Virus record (IMG/VR): IMGVR_UViG_3300021387_000688
Length of the DNA stretch: 64,000 nucleotides
DNA from: a virus
Lineage: Duplodnaviria > Caudoviricetes
Reading direction: 5' to 3' (one strand)
Part shown: one piece after another, positions 1 to 9,607 of the stretch
How positions within the stretch are numbered: position 1 is the stretch's first letter
How the letters are laid out: each line of letters begins with the position of its first letter
Made by a program: the position numbers and the translations under genes
Notes under the pieces: generated by a model
Seen by the model: the letters and a program-made list of their open reading frames with translations, nothing else
What the model was told of the DNA's origin: nothing
Databases searched by the model: none

Positions 1-1726
1 ATTGATTAATATCAGGTTTAGTTCCATAAAGGATATAATCCATTTCAGATTTTCTAACAATATTATCAATCTGTCCACCTGACAAATCAAACTCGTTTGC
101 AAGCCGTTTAGAATCTTCATCTGAAAGTTCTGGCATCTTGTTTTTCCAAATCTTCTGTTTAACTTCCAATGTTGGATTTTCAAACTTAAGCTTAAACAAT
201 AAACGCCTATCAAAAGCACTATCCAAGTTATCAGTCATGTTAGAAGTTAAACAACAAATGCCGTCAAACTTTTCAAACTCTTCCAATATAATGTTTTGGA
301 TAGAATTTTCCATTTTAGTTACAGATGCATTTCTATCACCGTCCAAAGAACTTCGTTTAGAAATAATTGCATCTGCTTCATTGAACAACAAAATAGGTTT
401 TAATACATCTGTACAACTTCTGTAAGTATCGAATACTTTTTTAATATTCTTTTCAGATTCGCCTACCCAACAATTTCTGATTTCTTGAATGTTAACATGC
501 AATACACTTCGTCCTGTTTTCTTAGCAATTTGCATTACAGTTTCAGTTTTACCAGTACCAGGAGCGCCATGTAATAATATTGTCAATCCTTTTGGTAAAT
601 TCTTTTCTTCCAAACGCTTTCTCATTTCTTGGAAAGTTTCTTCTTTACAAAGATTTTCCAAACGTTCGATATCTTTTGCATTAGCAGGGTTGTAGAAGAG
701 TTCTTTAGCTTTAATATCTTCTACATTTATTTTACCCAATTCTTTTATAGTAGCTTGATGAAGATATAAAGCATTATCTCCTTTGAAAATCATTTCCTTA
801 GCTTTATTGCCCCACATAAGCATCATATCGTCCCCAAAGTTGTTTTTATCGACTTCAAAGATTTTTTCTTTTATAAAATAATTGGTTTCATTTTTAAAAG
901 TTTTTAAAAGATCAATTACATCGCGAGGAGTTGCATTTCTTATAACAGTCTCTATTACTTCCCTACAACTTATACTATCATCTTTCAACAAATAAGAACC
1001 TGCGTAAGTAAAGAACTGTAAAGGTTCTTCTACTCTGCCAAAACCTTCTGGTACAGCATCCATTGTTTCAGGAATAAGTGGTTTAAGAATAGGATCGTCT
1101 TTGTATAAGGCGTTTACGATTTTACTATAATAATCTACTTTGTTTGTCCATCCTTCCCTATTGACCCTTGTTAAATAAGAAAGAGTATCAAATACAGTAT
1201 CTGTATTAGTAGGTTTGTGAGGCTCAAACTTTTGATTGTACTGGGCCCTTTTTAATACATCATCTGCTACTACAAATTGCAATAAAGAATCAAAAGACCC
1301 CTCGATATAAGGTACATCAAACCTACAAGACAAAACATTTTTCTTTAACAAATAATCCATATCTGGATAGTACTCGCCATATTCTGAAGGCATTACATCC
1401 ATATCTGTTTGCAGATCATTCATGTCAAAGTACATTGATCCGTTTACAGATTCTACTGCAAAGTAAGAAAACAAGCAGGCCTGAGCTTTAGATAATTTTG
1501 CATATCTCATAACCTGCTGTAAAGATTGAGTTGTTGGAATATCTATTTTATTCTTTCTACACATAGAGAGGTATACATCCCTCATCGCAGCGAAGATAGG
1601 TTTCTTTGTTGGTTTTCTTTTAGATTCTGTTTTGGATTTGCTCACTTTTTCTGCACCTGCCGTTAGCATTCTTTTTCTAGCTTTAATATTATTATTAGTG
1701 AGAAAAATTCTATCTATATCTCCCAT
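1..1726 (-). CDS. AAA+ ATPase (SpoVK/Cdc48-like), 3' end runs off window
   Basis: Not in the ORF track. Manual translation from ATG at 1726 (SD AGGAG) gives MGDIDRIFL...; Walker A LLHGAPGTGKT (~545-575), WVGESEKN pore loop, Walker B LLFNEADA, SRH TSN...LDSAFDRR. Confidence 0.9.
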   Translation of the reverse strand, partial: MGDIDRIFLTNNNIKARKRMLTAGAEKVSKSKTESKRKPTKKPIFAAMRDVYLSMCRKNKIDIPTTQSLQQVMRYAKLSKAQACLFSYFAVESVNGSMYFDMNDLQTDMDVMPSEYGEYYPDMDYLLKKNVLSCRFDVPYIEGSFDSLLQFVVADDVLKRAQYNQKFEPHKPTNTDTVFDTLSYLTRVNREGWTNKVDYYSKIVNALYKDDPILKPLIPETMDAVPEGFGRVEEPLQFFTYAGSYLLKDDSISCREVIETVIRNATPRDVIDLLKTFKNETNYFIKEKIFEVDKNNFGDDMMLMWGNKAKEMIFKGDNALYLHQATIKELGKINVEDIKAKELFYNPANAKDIERLENLCKEETFQEMRKRLEEKNLPKGLTILLHGAPGTGKTETVMQIAKKTGRSVLHVNIQEIRNCWVGESEKNIKKVFDTYRSCTDVLKPILLFNEADAIISKRSSLDGDRNASVTKMENSIQNIILEEFEKFDGICCLTSNMTDNLDSAFDRRLLFKLKFENPTLEVKQKIWKNKMPELSDEDSKRLANEFDLSGGQIDNIVRKSEMDYILYGTKPDINQ

Positions 1727-1789
1727 GTAAAACTCCTGTTAGTCTATATACTATAGAAAATTTTTAAAGGATTTCTTCCAACTTTTTAA

Positions 1790-1817
1790 TTGAAATGTAC
1801 GAAACGTTTTCTATAAT
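1790..1817 (+). promoter_or_regulatory. sigma70-like promoter, leaderless transcript
   Basis: TTGAAA-16 nt-TATAAT, then 6 nt, then ATG 1824; no SD. Confidence 0.6.
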
Positions 1818-1823
1818 TAGAAT

Positions 1824-2432
1824 ATGGAAGTAGAAACTAGGAATAAAATTTCAGAAAAATTGAAAGGTAATAAAAACCATTTAGGAAAGAATCAATCCGA
1901 AAACTCTAAGATTAAAATCAAGTTGGCCAATGAAGGATACAAATGGTACAATGATGGTACAACAGAAGTTAAAGCTAAAACATGTCCAGCTGGTTTTACA
2001 AAAGGAAGATTAAAAACTAAAAAATGGTATGCTAATAATGAAACCGAAGTTTATGCAACTTCCAAACCCTCTGATGATTTTGTTAGAGGTAAAAGAATAA
2101 CTAACAATGGAAAGAAATGGTACAATGATGGTAGGAAGAATTTTCTATTAGAAGAAGAACCTACTTCCGAATTAATGGTAGGATTAGTTATGCCCGGTAT
2201 GCATAAAAATCCTCATAAAAAAGTTGAAGGTCCGAAACCAGTTGTAGGTGCACCTTCTATTACAAAAAGAGATGAACCATTAATTGCAAAGAAAAATGTA
2301 AAATATGCTTTGGAACAAAAACCTAAAGTAGAAACCAAAGAACCTGCCAAGTTTACTTTAACTCAAATAAAAGGATATAGTCCTAGTGAAAAGTATTTGA
2401 AGCTTTGGGATAAGTTTAAGAGTTCCAACTAA
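1824..2432 (+). CDS. NUMOD3/KWYNDG-repeat DNA-binding protein lacking a nuclease domain
   Basis: ETRNKISEKLKG and SENSKIKIK NUMOD3-like motifs; three KWY(N/A)(D/N) repeats typical of homing-endonuclease DNA-binding tails; no HNH or GIY-YIG motif. Confidence 0.65.
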   Translation: MEVETRNKISEKLKGNKNHLGKNQSENSKIKIKLANEGYKWYNDGTTEVKAKTCPAGFTKGRLKTKKWYANNETEVYATSKPSDDFVRGKRITNNGKKWYNDGRKNFLLEEEPTSELMVGLVMPGMHKNPHKKVEGPKPVVGAPSITKRDEPLIAKKNVKYALEQKPKVETKEPAKFTLTQIKGYSPSEKYLKLWDKFKSSN

Positions 2433-2440
2433 TTGAAAAT

Positions 2441-3193
2441 ATGTCAGAACAGTTGAATAGAAACCCCGTTCAAATTCCTTCAGGGCATAGAGAGAAATAC
2501 AATGCCCTTACGAGAGAATTATTCTGGGATGTTAAAGACCGTAGTTTATTTTTAAGAATGCCTAATGACGGCTTTGATAAAAGCTGGGTACTCATTGGCG
2601 GAGACGGTAAACAAAATCCTATGGTGGCAGGGGACAATCTTGAAATCAATTATCGAGAAGATGATCCTAAACATTGGTTTAATGCAGAATTAAGATTAAT
2701 AGATGACATAGATATTAATACAATGGAGCTTGGGAAGTTTGCGGCTCCAGATGTTAGAAGATGGAAGGGAACAATTAAGTTAGGAGAAATTAGGAATTGT
2801 ACATTCTTTCCTGTAACTTTATTTTTCGATCCTTTTCCCTCAAAAGCTACAATAGGTGGAAAATTCTTAATTAAAATAACTAGAGGGGATATTACAGAGT
2901 GGGGTGTTTACCAAGCCACAATTACTTCTAGTGGTAGAGGAGTTATATTTGGTAGTGATACTTTAGATACTAAATGCACTATAGATAAAATAACTCTTAA
3001 AGATGGTAATAGGTATTTAGGATTCAAAACTCATCAAACTGAAGAATGGGATAATGGAGTTAAAGTTCCTGTAAGCCCTGATAAGTTTGAAGTATGGTTT
3101 AATGGATGGGATACAAGGACAAAAGATATGTTACCTCCTTATGATTTTACAGATAAAGATTTTACTTCTATAAGGGTAATTGCGAGAGGATAA
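2441..3193 (+). CDS. putative virion protein, paralog of the N-terminal module of the downstream fibre protein
   Basis: ACTAATTG late-type motif upstream; shares AGDNxEI, RLxDDIDINT, LGKF, RWKGTxKLGE and WFNGW motifs with 3195..6077. Confidence 0.6.
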   Translation: MSEQLNRNPVQIPSGHREKYNALTRELFWDVKDRSLFLRMPNDGFDKSWVLIGGDGKQNPMVAGDNLEINYREDDPKHWFNAELRLIDDIDINTMELGKFAAPDVRRWKGTIKLGEIRNCTFFPVTLFFDPFPSKATIGGKFLIKITRGDITEWGVYQATITSSGRGVIFGSDTLDTKCTIDKITLKDGNRYLGFKTHQTEEWDNGVKVPVSPDKFEVWFNGWDTRTKDMLPPYDFTDKDFTSIRVIARG

Positions 3194-3194
3194 A

Positions 3195-6077
3195 ATGGCA
3201 AATAGAGTTAGAACAACTACTACAGTAGATGAAAAGAAAGAACAAATAAGAGATGAAATAATTCTAAACAGAGAACTTCTTTATACAAAAGATAAAGAGG
3301 CTATGTACATTAAGTACAATAATGAACTTGTACCGGTCGGAGGAAGCCTCAAACAAAATTACCTAGAAGCCGGGGATAATATTGAAATACATAGAAGGGA
3401 TGAAAATGATGAAGTAATTTATCCTGAAATTGTTCGGCTCGCAGATGATATTGATATCAATACTTGTACTCTTGGAAAGTTTTCGGATACTCATAGATGG
3501 AAGGGTACTTATAAACTTGGTGAATTAAACGATAACCAAAAGCTTTTTATTTTGACAAAACGTACAGACATAAATGAAGAAATAAAAGGATTTATAGGCG
3601 GCGAAATCTTAATTAAAATGATTACCGATAAAGATGAAGAACTTTATGGCCACTTTGCAATGACTTGTGCTTCAACAGGTTCTTGGTCTTTGAAAGGGGC
3701 ATCTGGTACAGCTAACAATGTTCGTATGTGTAGATGTAAAAGACTTTCAGATGAAGAAATGTTTTATGGATTAAAAATACCTGTAGGTCCTTTTGAAAAC
3801 TATGGTACAGTAGATCACCCAACTCATGAAATAACAGATTTATTTTCTTATGTAGGTTTAAGGTCCGCAGAAGATTCTAGTCATCTTTGGATTTATACAT
3901 CTGATACAAAATATATGGCTTTGGAAAAAGAAGATCATATAGATGATGTAGTTTGGAAAGCTGCAGCAGGAGATGCTGATGGTTTACACATGTCTAGAGA
4001 TTTATGGACAGCCGGTTTTGACAATTACGATTGGATGGTAGGTTTCTCTGAAAACCACCCTGATATGTTTGGGGAAGAGACTGAATCTGAATGGGCCAAT
4101 TTAATAGGTAAAGGATATAAAATAGGATTGGTAATGGATACAGCAGAAGGAATGTCTTCTGCTTATAAGGTACATGCAACTACTAGTTCAATTTATTTAA
4201 GAAGAACTGGAAATCATGCATTTAGACTCCAAAGAGGTACTGGCGATAACTGGTGGACACCTAGATACGATTTTACAGATAGAGGATATGAAAGCCAAAT
4301 TTATCCAGATAATCCGAAGCCGGCTTCTAACTACAACCATTGGTATACGATGCCAATGCCTAACTTCTTTAATGTACTTGGTATAACACCTGAAGGAGAT
4401 TGGACCCAATACAATAACAATAATTATTTATTTGGTATGCGTATTTATACTAACGGAGATAGTACACGTATAACTGTAGTAGCTATTATGAGGAATACTA
4501 ACGCTTTACCTCAAGTAAAAGCTATTAACGCAGAGGATACAGACATTGAGTTCAATTGGGATTCTTCTTTAGTAAACTTAAAAAATGGTAATACGGATGG
4601 TTGGGATGTAGCTTATCCTGCTATGCCTCAAAATACAGATGTAGATATTTTTAAGTTTATAGATAGAACCGCGGTACCTCAAAAATTGGGTTTACAGCTT
4701 AGGGTTGTTTCAATAGGGGTGTATGACGAAGATAACAATCCAGTAGAAACTGATTTAGATTTTACAAAATTCGATAACAGTTACTTAACAAATAATTACA
4801 ACTTTATCATGAGTTTAGGAAACAATCGTGTTCCAGTATTTGGAAACAATGTAGGTCACCCTTACGGTATACCAATATTGTTATATGAGGGGCAGGAAGA
4901 TGTAACTCAAGATGATAGGACTACTTTGTTAGGGGAGCAAAGGGCCGCTTACGACCAAACAGTTCATCATTATAGTGTAGAAGCCTATATGGATGAATTA
5001 AATATTAAGCATGCAGAATTCTGGTTTAACGGATGGAAAGATATTCCAGAATCTTTACAATTGGAAAGTTATGCAGATGAGGATTTCGATTATGTAGTTT
5101 TATCAGATAGTTCTACAGATAACGACTATTATGCTGAAACTAGATATTTTGGAACGGTAAGTGAATACTTAAATGCTCAAACCGGTTTAGCTTCAATGCA
5201 GGATACAGGAGAAGATAACGCTCCTTATAAAATCATCATTACGCAAGAATATTTGTCTATGCAGGATTTAAGAAACATTGCAAGTATGGTGCAGCATTTG
5301 GAAAGACAAGTATCGTTAGACTTAAGTAGATGTACTGTTAGAAATGATGCAAGGGTATGGAATAGTGCAATTTTCGAAGGGTGTGTATCTTTAAGAGAGT
5401 TGACAATTCCAAAAGGAGTAGTGGAATTCGGTCAAGGTATTTTCAAATGGTGTACTTATTTGAGAAAATTGGATTTGACTCCTTCTGCGGATACTTTAAC
5501 AACTATTGGCGGTACAGCATGGGAACAAAATGCAGGTTTCTTAGTATCTACTCGTGTAACTCAATTAATTATTCCTCCAAACGTAAACTTCTTAAGAAAC
5601 TACTTAGTATATGCATCTAACTTAAAATCTCTTATTTTCTTACACGATAAGAATACAAGTTTTATAGAAGATCAATCTAATGCAACTGCAGCTGCAAGAG
5701 TTGGAAAATTATCAATTGCAGAGTGGGCATGGATAGGTCAAACAAACAGCTCAGGTGCATTAACTTATGAACTACCAGAAGGTTTCCATTTGTTCTTCTC
5801 TTCTTCTTTCTGGAATGAAGGTAGAAGTGCAGGCAATAATAATGGACAACCAAATAGAAATGGTTCAGGATGGGACTGGTATCCAAATGATGCAAATAGA
5901 ACCCGTTGGAATAAGAGAGTAATAGATTCTATTGCTATTTATCCTCAAGACGGTACTCAAGAAGAATGGCAAGCATTTGACGATCAATATCACTGGGGAG
6001 AAGATTTAATCAATCAAGTAAGAGCTTATTTTGGCCACTTAGACCCTATTGAGATTAAACAGAAATTAGCATACTAG
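3195..6077 (+). CDS. putative tail fibre / receptor-binding protein with C-terminal BspA/TpLRR (LRR_5) repeats
   Basis: Start refined to ATG 3195 (SD GAGGA); C-terminal VSLDLS...IFEGCVSLRELTIPKGVVEFGQGIFKWCTYL is the LRR_5 pattern. Confidence 0.6.
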   Translation: MANRVRTTTTVDEKKEQIRDEIILNRELLYTKDKEAMYIKYNNELVPVGGSLKQNYLEAGDNIEIHRRDENDEVIYPEIVRLADDIDINTCTLGKFSDTHRWKGTYKLGELNDNQKLFILTKRTDINEEIKGFIGGEILIKMITDKDEELYGHFAMTCASTGSWSLKGASGTANNVRMCRCKRLSDEEMFYGLKIPVGPFENYGTVDHPTHEITDLFSYVGLRSAEDSSHLWIYTSDTKYMALEKEDHIDDVVWKAAAGDADGLHMSRDLWTAGFDNYDWMVGFSENHPDMFGEETESEWANLIGKGYKIGLVMDTAEGMSSAYKVHATTSSIYLRRTGNHAFRLQRGTGDNWWTPRYDFTDRGYESQIYPDNPKPASNYNHWYTMPMPNFFNVLGITPEGDWTQYNNNNYLFGMRIYTNGDSTRITVVAIMRNTNALPQVKAINAEDTDIEFNWDSSLVNLKNGNTDGWDVAYPAMPQNTDVDIFKFIDRTAVPQKLGLQLRVVSIGVYDEDNNPVETDLDFTKFDNSYLTNNYNFIMSLGNNRVPVFGNNVGHPYGIPILLYEGQEDVTQDDRTTLLGEQRAAYDQTVHHYSVEAYMDELNIKHAEFWFNGWKDIPESLQLESYADEDFDYVVLSDSSTDNDYYAETRYFGTVSEYLNAQTGLASMQDTGEDNAPYKIIITQEYLSMQDLRNIASMVQHLERQVSLDLSRCTVRNDARVWNSAIFEGCVSLRELTIPKGVVEFGQGIFKWCTYLRKLDLTPSADTLTTIGGTAWEQNAGFLVSTRVTQLIIPPNVNFLRNYLVYASNLKSLIFLHDKNTSFIEDQSNATAAARVGKLSIAEWAWIGQTNSSGALTYELPEGFHLFFSSSFWNEGRSAGNNNGQPNRNGSGWDWYPNDANRTRWNKRVIDSIAIYPQDGTQEEWQAFDDQYHWGEDLINQVRAYFGHLDPIEIKQKLAY

Positions 6078-6085
6078 AGGACGAG

Positions 6086-6253
6086 ATGAAAAGTTGTTTG
6101 AATTGTAAGTTTAGGATTTGGATGGCTAAATCGGAAAAACCAACTTGTTGTTTTAAGTTAGAAGTACATGATAAAAAAGATATGAGTGATTGTACTTTAA
6201 TGATAGAAACAGATAGACCTCCAATGGAAGATCCTAATAAGAAAAAAGAGTAA
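6086..6253 (+). CDS. small Cys-rich hypothetical protein (55 aa)
   Basis: SD GAGGA, MKSCLNCKF...TCC...DC...; fills the gap before the terminator; below the ORF-track cut-off. Confidence 0.6.
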   Translation: MKSCLNCKFRIWMAKSEKPTCCFKLEVHDKKDMSDCTLMIETDRPPMEDPNKKKE

Positions 6254-6256
6254 AAT

Positions 6257-6283
6257 AAAAGCCTCTCGAAAGAGAGGCTTTTT
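6257..6283. terminator. bidirectional intrinsic terminator
   Basis: AAAAGCCTCTC-GAAA-GAGAGGCTTTTT between convergent genes. Confidence 0.85.
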
Positions 6284-6305
6284 CTATGGCTAAAATATTT
6301 TTAGA

Positions 6306-7022
6306 TTACTCTTTAGATTCTTTTTTATCCTCCTCAATCTTTTCTTCTTTCTTAGCAGAAGACTTAAAAGAAATCTTTGTTGAAGGTTTATCGGTCTTGC
6401 CGATTGAAATCCAAAGACAACCATTTTTGAACCAATGCTTCAAAGTATGGATGTCGTATTTTTTAGGATCAATAAAGACGTTCTTGTAGTATTCACCACT
6501 TACATCTTTCATTCCTTTTACGAATACGGCCCTTTTCATTTCTTCTTCTGTTTCTTCTTTTGGATCAATGTGAACAAAGAGGTAGTCGTCATCAAAATCA
6601 ATTGATACACGGCTTTCATCTACATCGGTCAATCCAAACTTAAGAAGCATACTTCCGTCTTCTCCACCCATCATGTCCATCCAAGGGAATTCAGTACCTG
6701 ATACCAATTCAGCAGGAAGTTTGTTGTTACAACCTTCTGGAAGGAATAAGTTTGGCCTTACATTAAGAGCAGGTGCATTCTTCAACTGAATCATTACCTT
6801 TTCAGGAATGTCAGATTCCTTTACCTGCTTTCCATTGTGATAAAGACTAGTCTTGTCGCCTTTCTTAATCACTGTGTAAGTGTCGCCGTTGTTGGAGATT
6901 GTTTTCTTTTGATAAGAATAATTCTCTGCGGAAGGAATTGTGAATATTTCCTCGAATGGGAAACCGAAAAGATTGAAAATAGTATCATCAAAGATACTTG
7001 AAATAGATCTGAAACCACCCAT
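6306..7022 (-). CDS. small heat-shock protein (Hsp20/alpha-crystallin family)
   Basis: FPWMDM...LLKFGLTDVDESRVSIDFDDDYLFV...FKNGCLWISI matches the alpha-crystallin domain layout; SD AAGGAGG; upstream TTTACA-17-TATATT promoter (7123-7151). Confidence 0.75.
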   Translation of the reverse strand: MGGFRSISSIFDDTIFNLFGFPFEEIFTIPSAENYSYQKKTISNNGDTYTVIKKGDKTSLYHNGKQVKESDIPEKVMIQLKNAPALNVRPNLFLPEGCNNKLPAELVSGTEFPWMDMMGGEDGSMLLKFGLTDVDESRVSIDFDDDYLFVHIDPKEETEEEMKRAVFVKGMKDVSGEYYKNVFIDPKKYDIHTLKHWFKNGCLWISIGKTDKPSTKISFKSSAKKEEKIEEDKKESKE

Positions 7023-7169
7023 AGTGCGTTTCCTCCTTAAAAATGTAATTTTTATCAGATTGAAATAATTTTCAGTACCTCCACGGTGAGCGTACTTAAT
7101 TTTTTATTTCTTTCTAATAATTAATATAGTTAGTGGTATTCCCTTTGTAAATCTACACTAACTAATAAC

Positions 7170-8378
7170 ATGACAGATTATAAAGGATATATTCAAGAGT
7201 GTTTTGATAATAATGATAATGATGAACTTATTCTAAGTTGGTCTTTTTTAGGTGAACAAAAAGCTGATGCCAATACTAGAATGTATAAAAGTGGAAACGT
7301 TTATCTTATAAACGAAGCTACTTCTAAGTTCAATAATTGTTTGTTCTATTGCGAGGCTGACCATATAGGTAAAATAGATTGGGCTAAAGTTAAGAATTTA
7401 GATGAAGTAAATCAAACAACTATTGTAAATGGTATTACTTCTTCTTGTTTTACTTTCTTCCCAAATCCAGTAGATTTAACAAATCTTGAAATGTTGTTGA
7501 ACGAAGCAGAAACTACTGGATATACTCCTTTTAGTAAATACGATGCAGACGTATCTAAGAATATCATAATTGATCAAGATACTTATATGCAAATAATGCA
7601 AGTTGTAGGTATGCCTTTTGTAAAGCAAAGAGAAATAGAATACAACAAACAGGCCATTTTGAAACTTGCAGTTGAACCAGCCCTTCGAATGTACTATACA
7701 TATTTTCCTCTCATACAGGAACAAGTTATTCCTTCAAGAGCAGGAGGAGATTTTAGGATTAAATATCCAGAGAAGCCTTACCCAGCTTATAAAGCAATTG
7801 CTTGGGTAACAAGTCCTGGTGTTGCTCGAGGGGCCCTTAATGGCTTGAGTCCTTTATCTGCTTTAGGTACAGAAGTATCTTTGTTTACAAGATCTGCATC
7901 TGGAAGTAGATTCTCTCAAGGTTTGCATTATAATAAACCTGTTCCAGGATTTACCGGAGAAGCAAATGGAAACTCTGCTTACTCTAACATGGCCACTGTT
8001 ATACCTCTTTCTAACACTCTCAAGAATATGATGCGTAGAGAGAAGTTATCTAAAATACATGTACCTGGCGAAGGATTGTATGCAGTTGGTTATTCTACTC
8101 TAACAGGTTATCTCAATATTAAATGGCTTTGTTGGTCTAGAGATTTTAATGATGTAGAATTTGAAGATTGGCCACAAGTTATTCAACTTTGTCAATCTCA
8201 TGTTAAAAAATCTATAGGTTCTATTCGTGCATTATTGAGAGCTGATAGTAACTTACCTTTCGACGCAGAATCTATGAGAAAGGAAGGCATTGCAGAAATA
8301 GAAGCTAAAGATAAAGAATGGGCTGCAAGTCCAATGAACAAGATACATGCAATTGAGCGTGGAGGAATGGCATTCTAA
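7170..8378 (+). CDS. neck/head-completion protein (T4 gp13-like)
   Basis: IMQVVGMPFV...AVEPALRMYYTYFP and C-terminal VKKSIGSIR...FDAESMRKEGIAEIE resemble gp13-type neck proteins; late motif upstream. Confidence 0.6.
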   Translation: MTDYKGYIQECFDNNDNDELILSWSFLGEQKADANTRMYKSGNVYLINEATSKFNNCLFYCEADHIGKIDWAKVKNLDEVNQTTIVNGITSSCFTFFPNPVDLTNLEMLLNEAETTGYTPFSKYDADVSKNIIIDQDTYMQIMQVVGMPFVKQREIEYNKQAILKLAVEPALRMYYTYFPLIQEQVIPSRAGGDFRIKYPEKPYPAYKAIAWVTSPGVARGALNGLSPLSALGTEVSLFTRSASGSRFSQGLHYNKPVPGFTGEANGNSAYSNMATVIPLSNTLKNMMRREKLSKIHVPGEGLYAVGYSTLTGYLNIKWLCWSRDFNDVEFEDWPQVIQLCQSHVKKSIGSIRALLRADSNLPFDAESMRKEGIAEIEAKDKEWAASPMNKIHAIERGGMAF

Positions 8379-9127
8379 TGGCAGAAGAGAAAAAAGTAAA
8401 TATAGATTACAATACTATACAAGCCAGGGTGCAATTTTTATACAAACAACTTTGGTTCAATCCTGATGCCTATTTTCCTACCGCTTTTGGGTATGCAAAT
8501 GATGCGCAAGATATAGACGCAATGATTAGAATATTTGACAAGGCTGTAGATGAAAAGGGAGAGTTCGTAACAAATAAAAGTATTAATGATTGGGCAAATG
8601 AAGAAAGCCCTTTAGTAGATGGATTGACTTCTTACAACTTGGCTGTTATAACTAAAGTAGATGGATTAAAAATTCCAGATACCCCTCTCAAAAGATCTAA
8701 CGGTAGACTAATAGCAGAACAGCTTAAAGAAAATAAATCTGAATCGTTAAAAATAAGTTTCTTATTACAAGATGGTGCAGGTGCAATTACTTTTAACAAA
8801 ACCTGGCAAGACAAGTGGTACATGTACAATAGTAAAAGTAGAAGATTAAAAGCTATGCCTGCAGGGGAAAGTGCGGCTATGCCAGAAGGTTATTTAGGAA
8901 TGGACTATATTCATATTTTACCAGACGGTGCCACTGAAAGAATAGGTCATTTATTTATATCAGGATTGATACCTACTAAAATAGAAATGGGAAGATCAGG
9001 ATTGTCTTTAGGCCCAGGTGGAGATAAAAATAATAATGTACCTACTGCAACTGTAACTTATGTTTACTCTCAAGCTATGTTAGTATTGAAAAACGGATCT
9101 GGTTCTGAAATTATTTATTTCGAGTAA
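8378..9127 (+). CDS. tail-tube-fold protein (gp19/gp54-like)
   Basis: LKISFL.QD...FNKTWQ...LFISGLIPTKI...ATVTYVY tube-fold pattern; translationally coupled to the neck gene. Confidence 0.5.
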   Translation: MAEEKKVNIDYNTIQARVQFLYKQLWFNPDAYFPTAFGYANDAQDIDAMIRIFDKAVDEKGEFVTNKSINDWANEESPLVDGLTSYNLAVITKVDGLKIPDTPLKRSNGRLIAEQLKENKSESLKISFLLQDGAGAITFNKTWQDKWYMYNSKSRRLKAMPAGESAAMPEGYLGMDYIHILPDGATERIGHLFISGLIPTKIEMGRSGLSLGPGGDKNNNVPTATVTYVYSQAMLVLKNGSGSEIIYFE

Positions 9128-9505
9128 TTAACAACAAGGCCTTTTTCTTTTTCCATTATCTTCATAATCGTAAGATTCTAAACTATACAAAACTAATGCA
9201 GCTCCTGAACCTTCAGTTTCTATCTGGGCGTCAGTAACCCAATGAGACCTGCCTGTACAATCTACAAATCTTATATGGAAAGGTCCTTCTGTAATTCGAG
9301 GAATCCTTTTAATTAAATCATTAGTCTGAATGCAATTCTCTGAATGAACTGTATCGAATTCACCCATAACATTCTTTGAACGGAGTTTATTCAAAACTGT
9401 ATAATTTACAGGAAGATAAGGTTTATATATTTTTCTACAAATAAGAATTGTAACTAATACTCCAATTGTTAAACTTACGATACCTATGGCTATGTTCAAA
9501 TACAT
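9128..9505 (-). CDS. hypothetical membrane-anchored protein
   Basis: N-terminal hydrophobic helix IAIGIVSLTIGVLVTILI; SD GAGG. Confidence 0.7.
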   Translation of the reverse strand: MYLNIAIGIVSLTIGVLVTILICRKIYKPYLPVNYTVLNKLRSKNVMGEFDTVHSENCIQTNDLIKRIPRITEGPFHIRFVDCTGRSHWVTDAQIETEGSGAALVLYSLESYDYEDNGKRKRPCC

Positions 9506-9522
9506 ATTGTTACCTCAATAAC

Positions 9523-9555
9523 AATATAGTAAATCCCGGAAAATCATTTTTCGAA
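9523..9555 (-). promoter_or_regulatory. GAAA-N20-TATATT class promoter
   Basis: TTCGAAA-aatgattTTCCGGgatttaC-TATATT. Confidence 0.6.
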
Positions 9556-9560
9556 AAAGA

Positions 9561-9586
9561 AAACCTCCTATTGCTAGGAGGTTTTT
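9561..9586. terminator. intrinsic terminator after tail sheath
   Basis: AAACCTCCTA-TTGC-TAGGAGGTTTTT. Confidence 0.8.
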
Positions 9587-9607
9587 ATCATTCTCAATTA
9601 AACAATA

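Noticed and set aside
138-695. Plus-strand ORFs 138..425 and 489..695, and the other short antisense or overlapping ORFs in the track (e.g. 10161, 15588, 27866, 59390)
   Set aside because: Shadow ORFs opposite or within well-supported genes, with no SD or recognisable motifs
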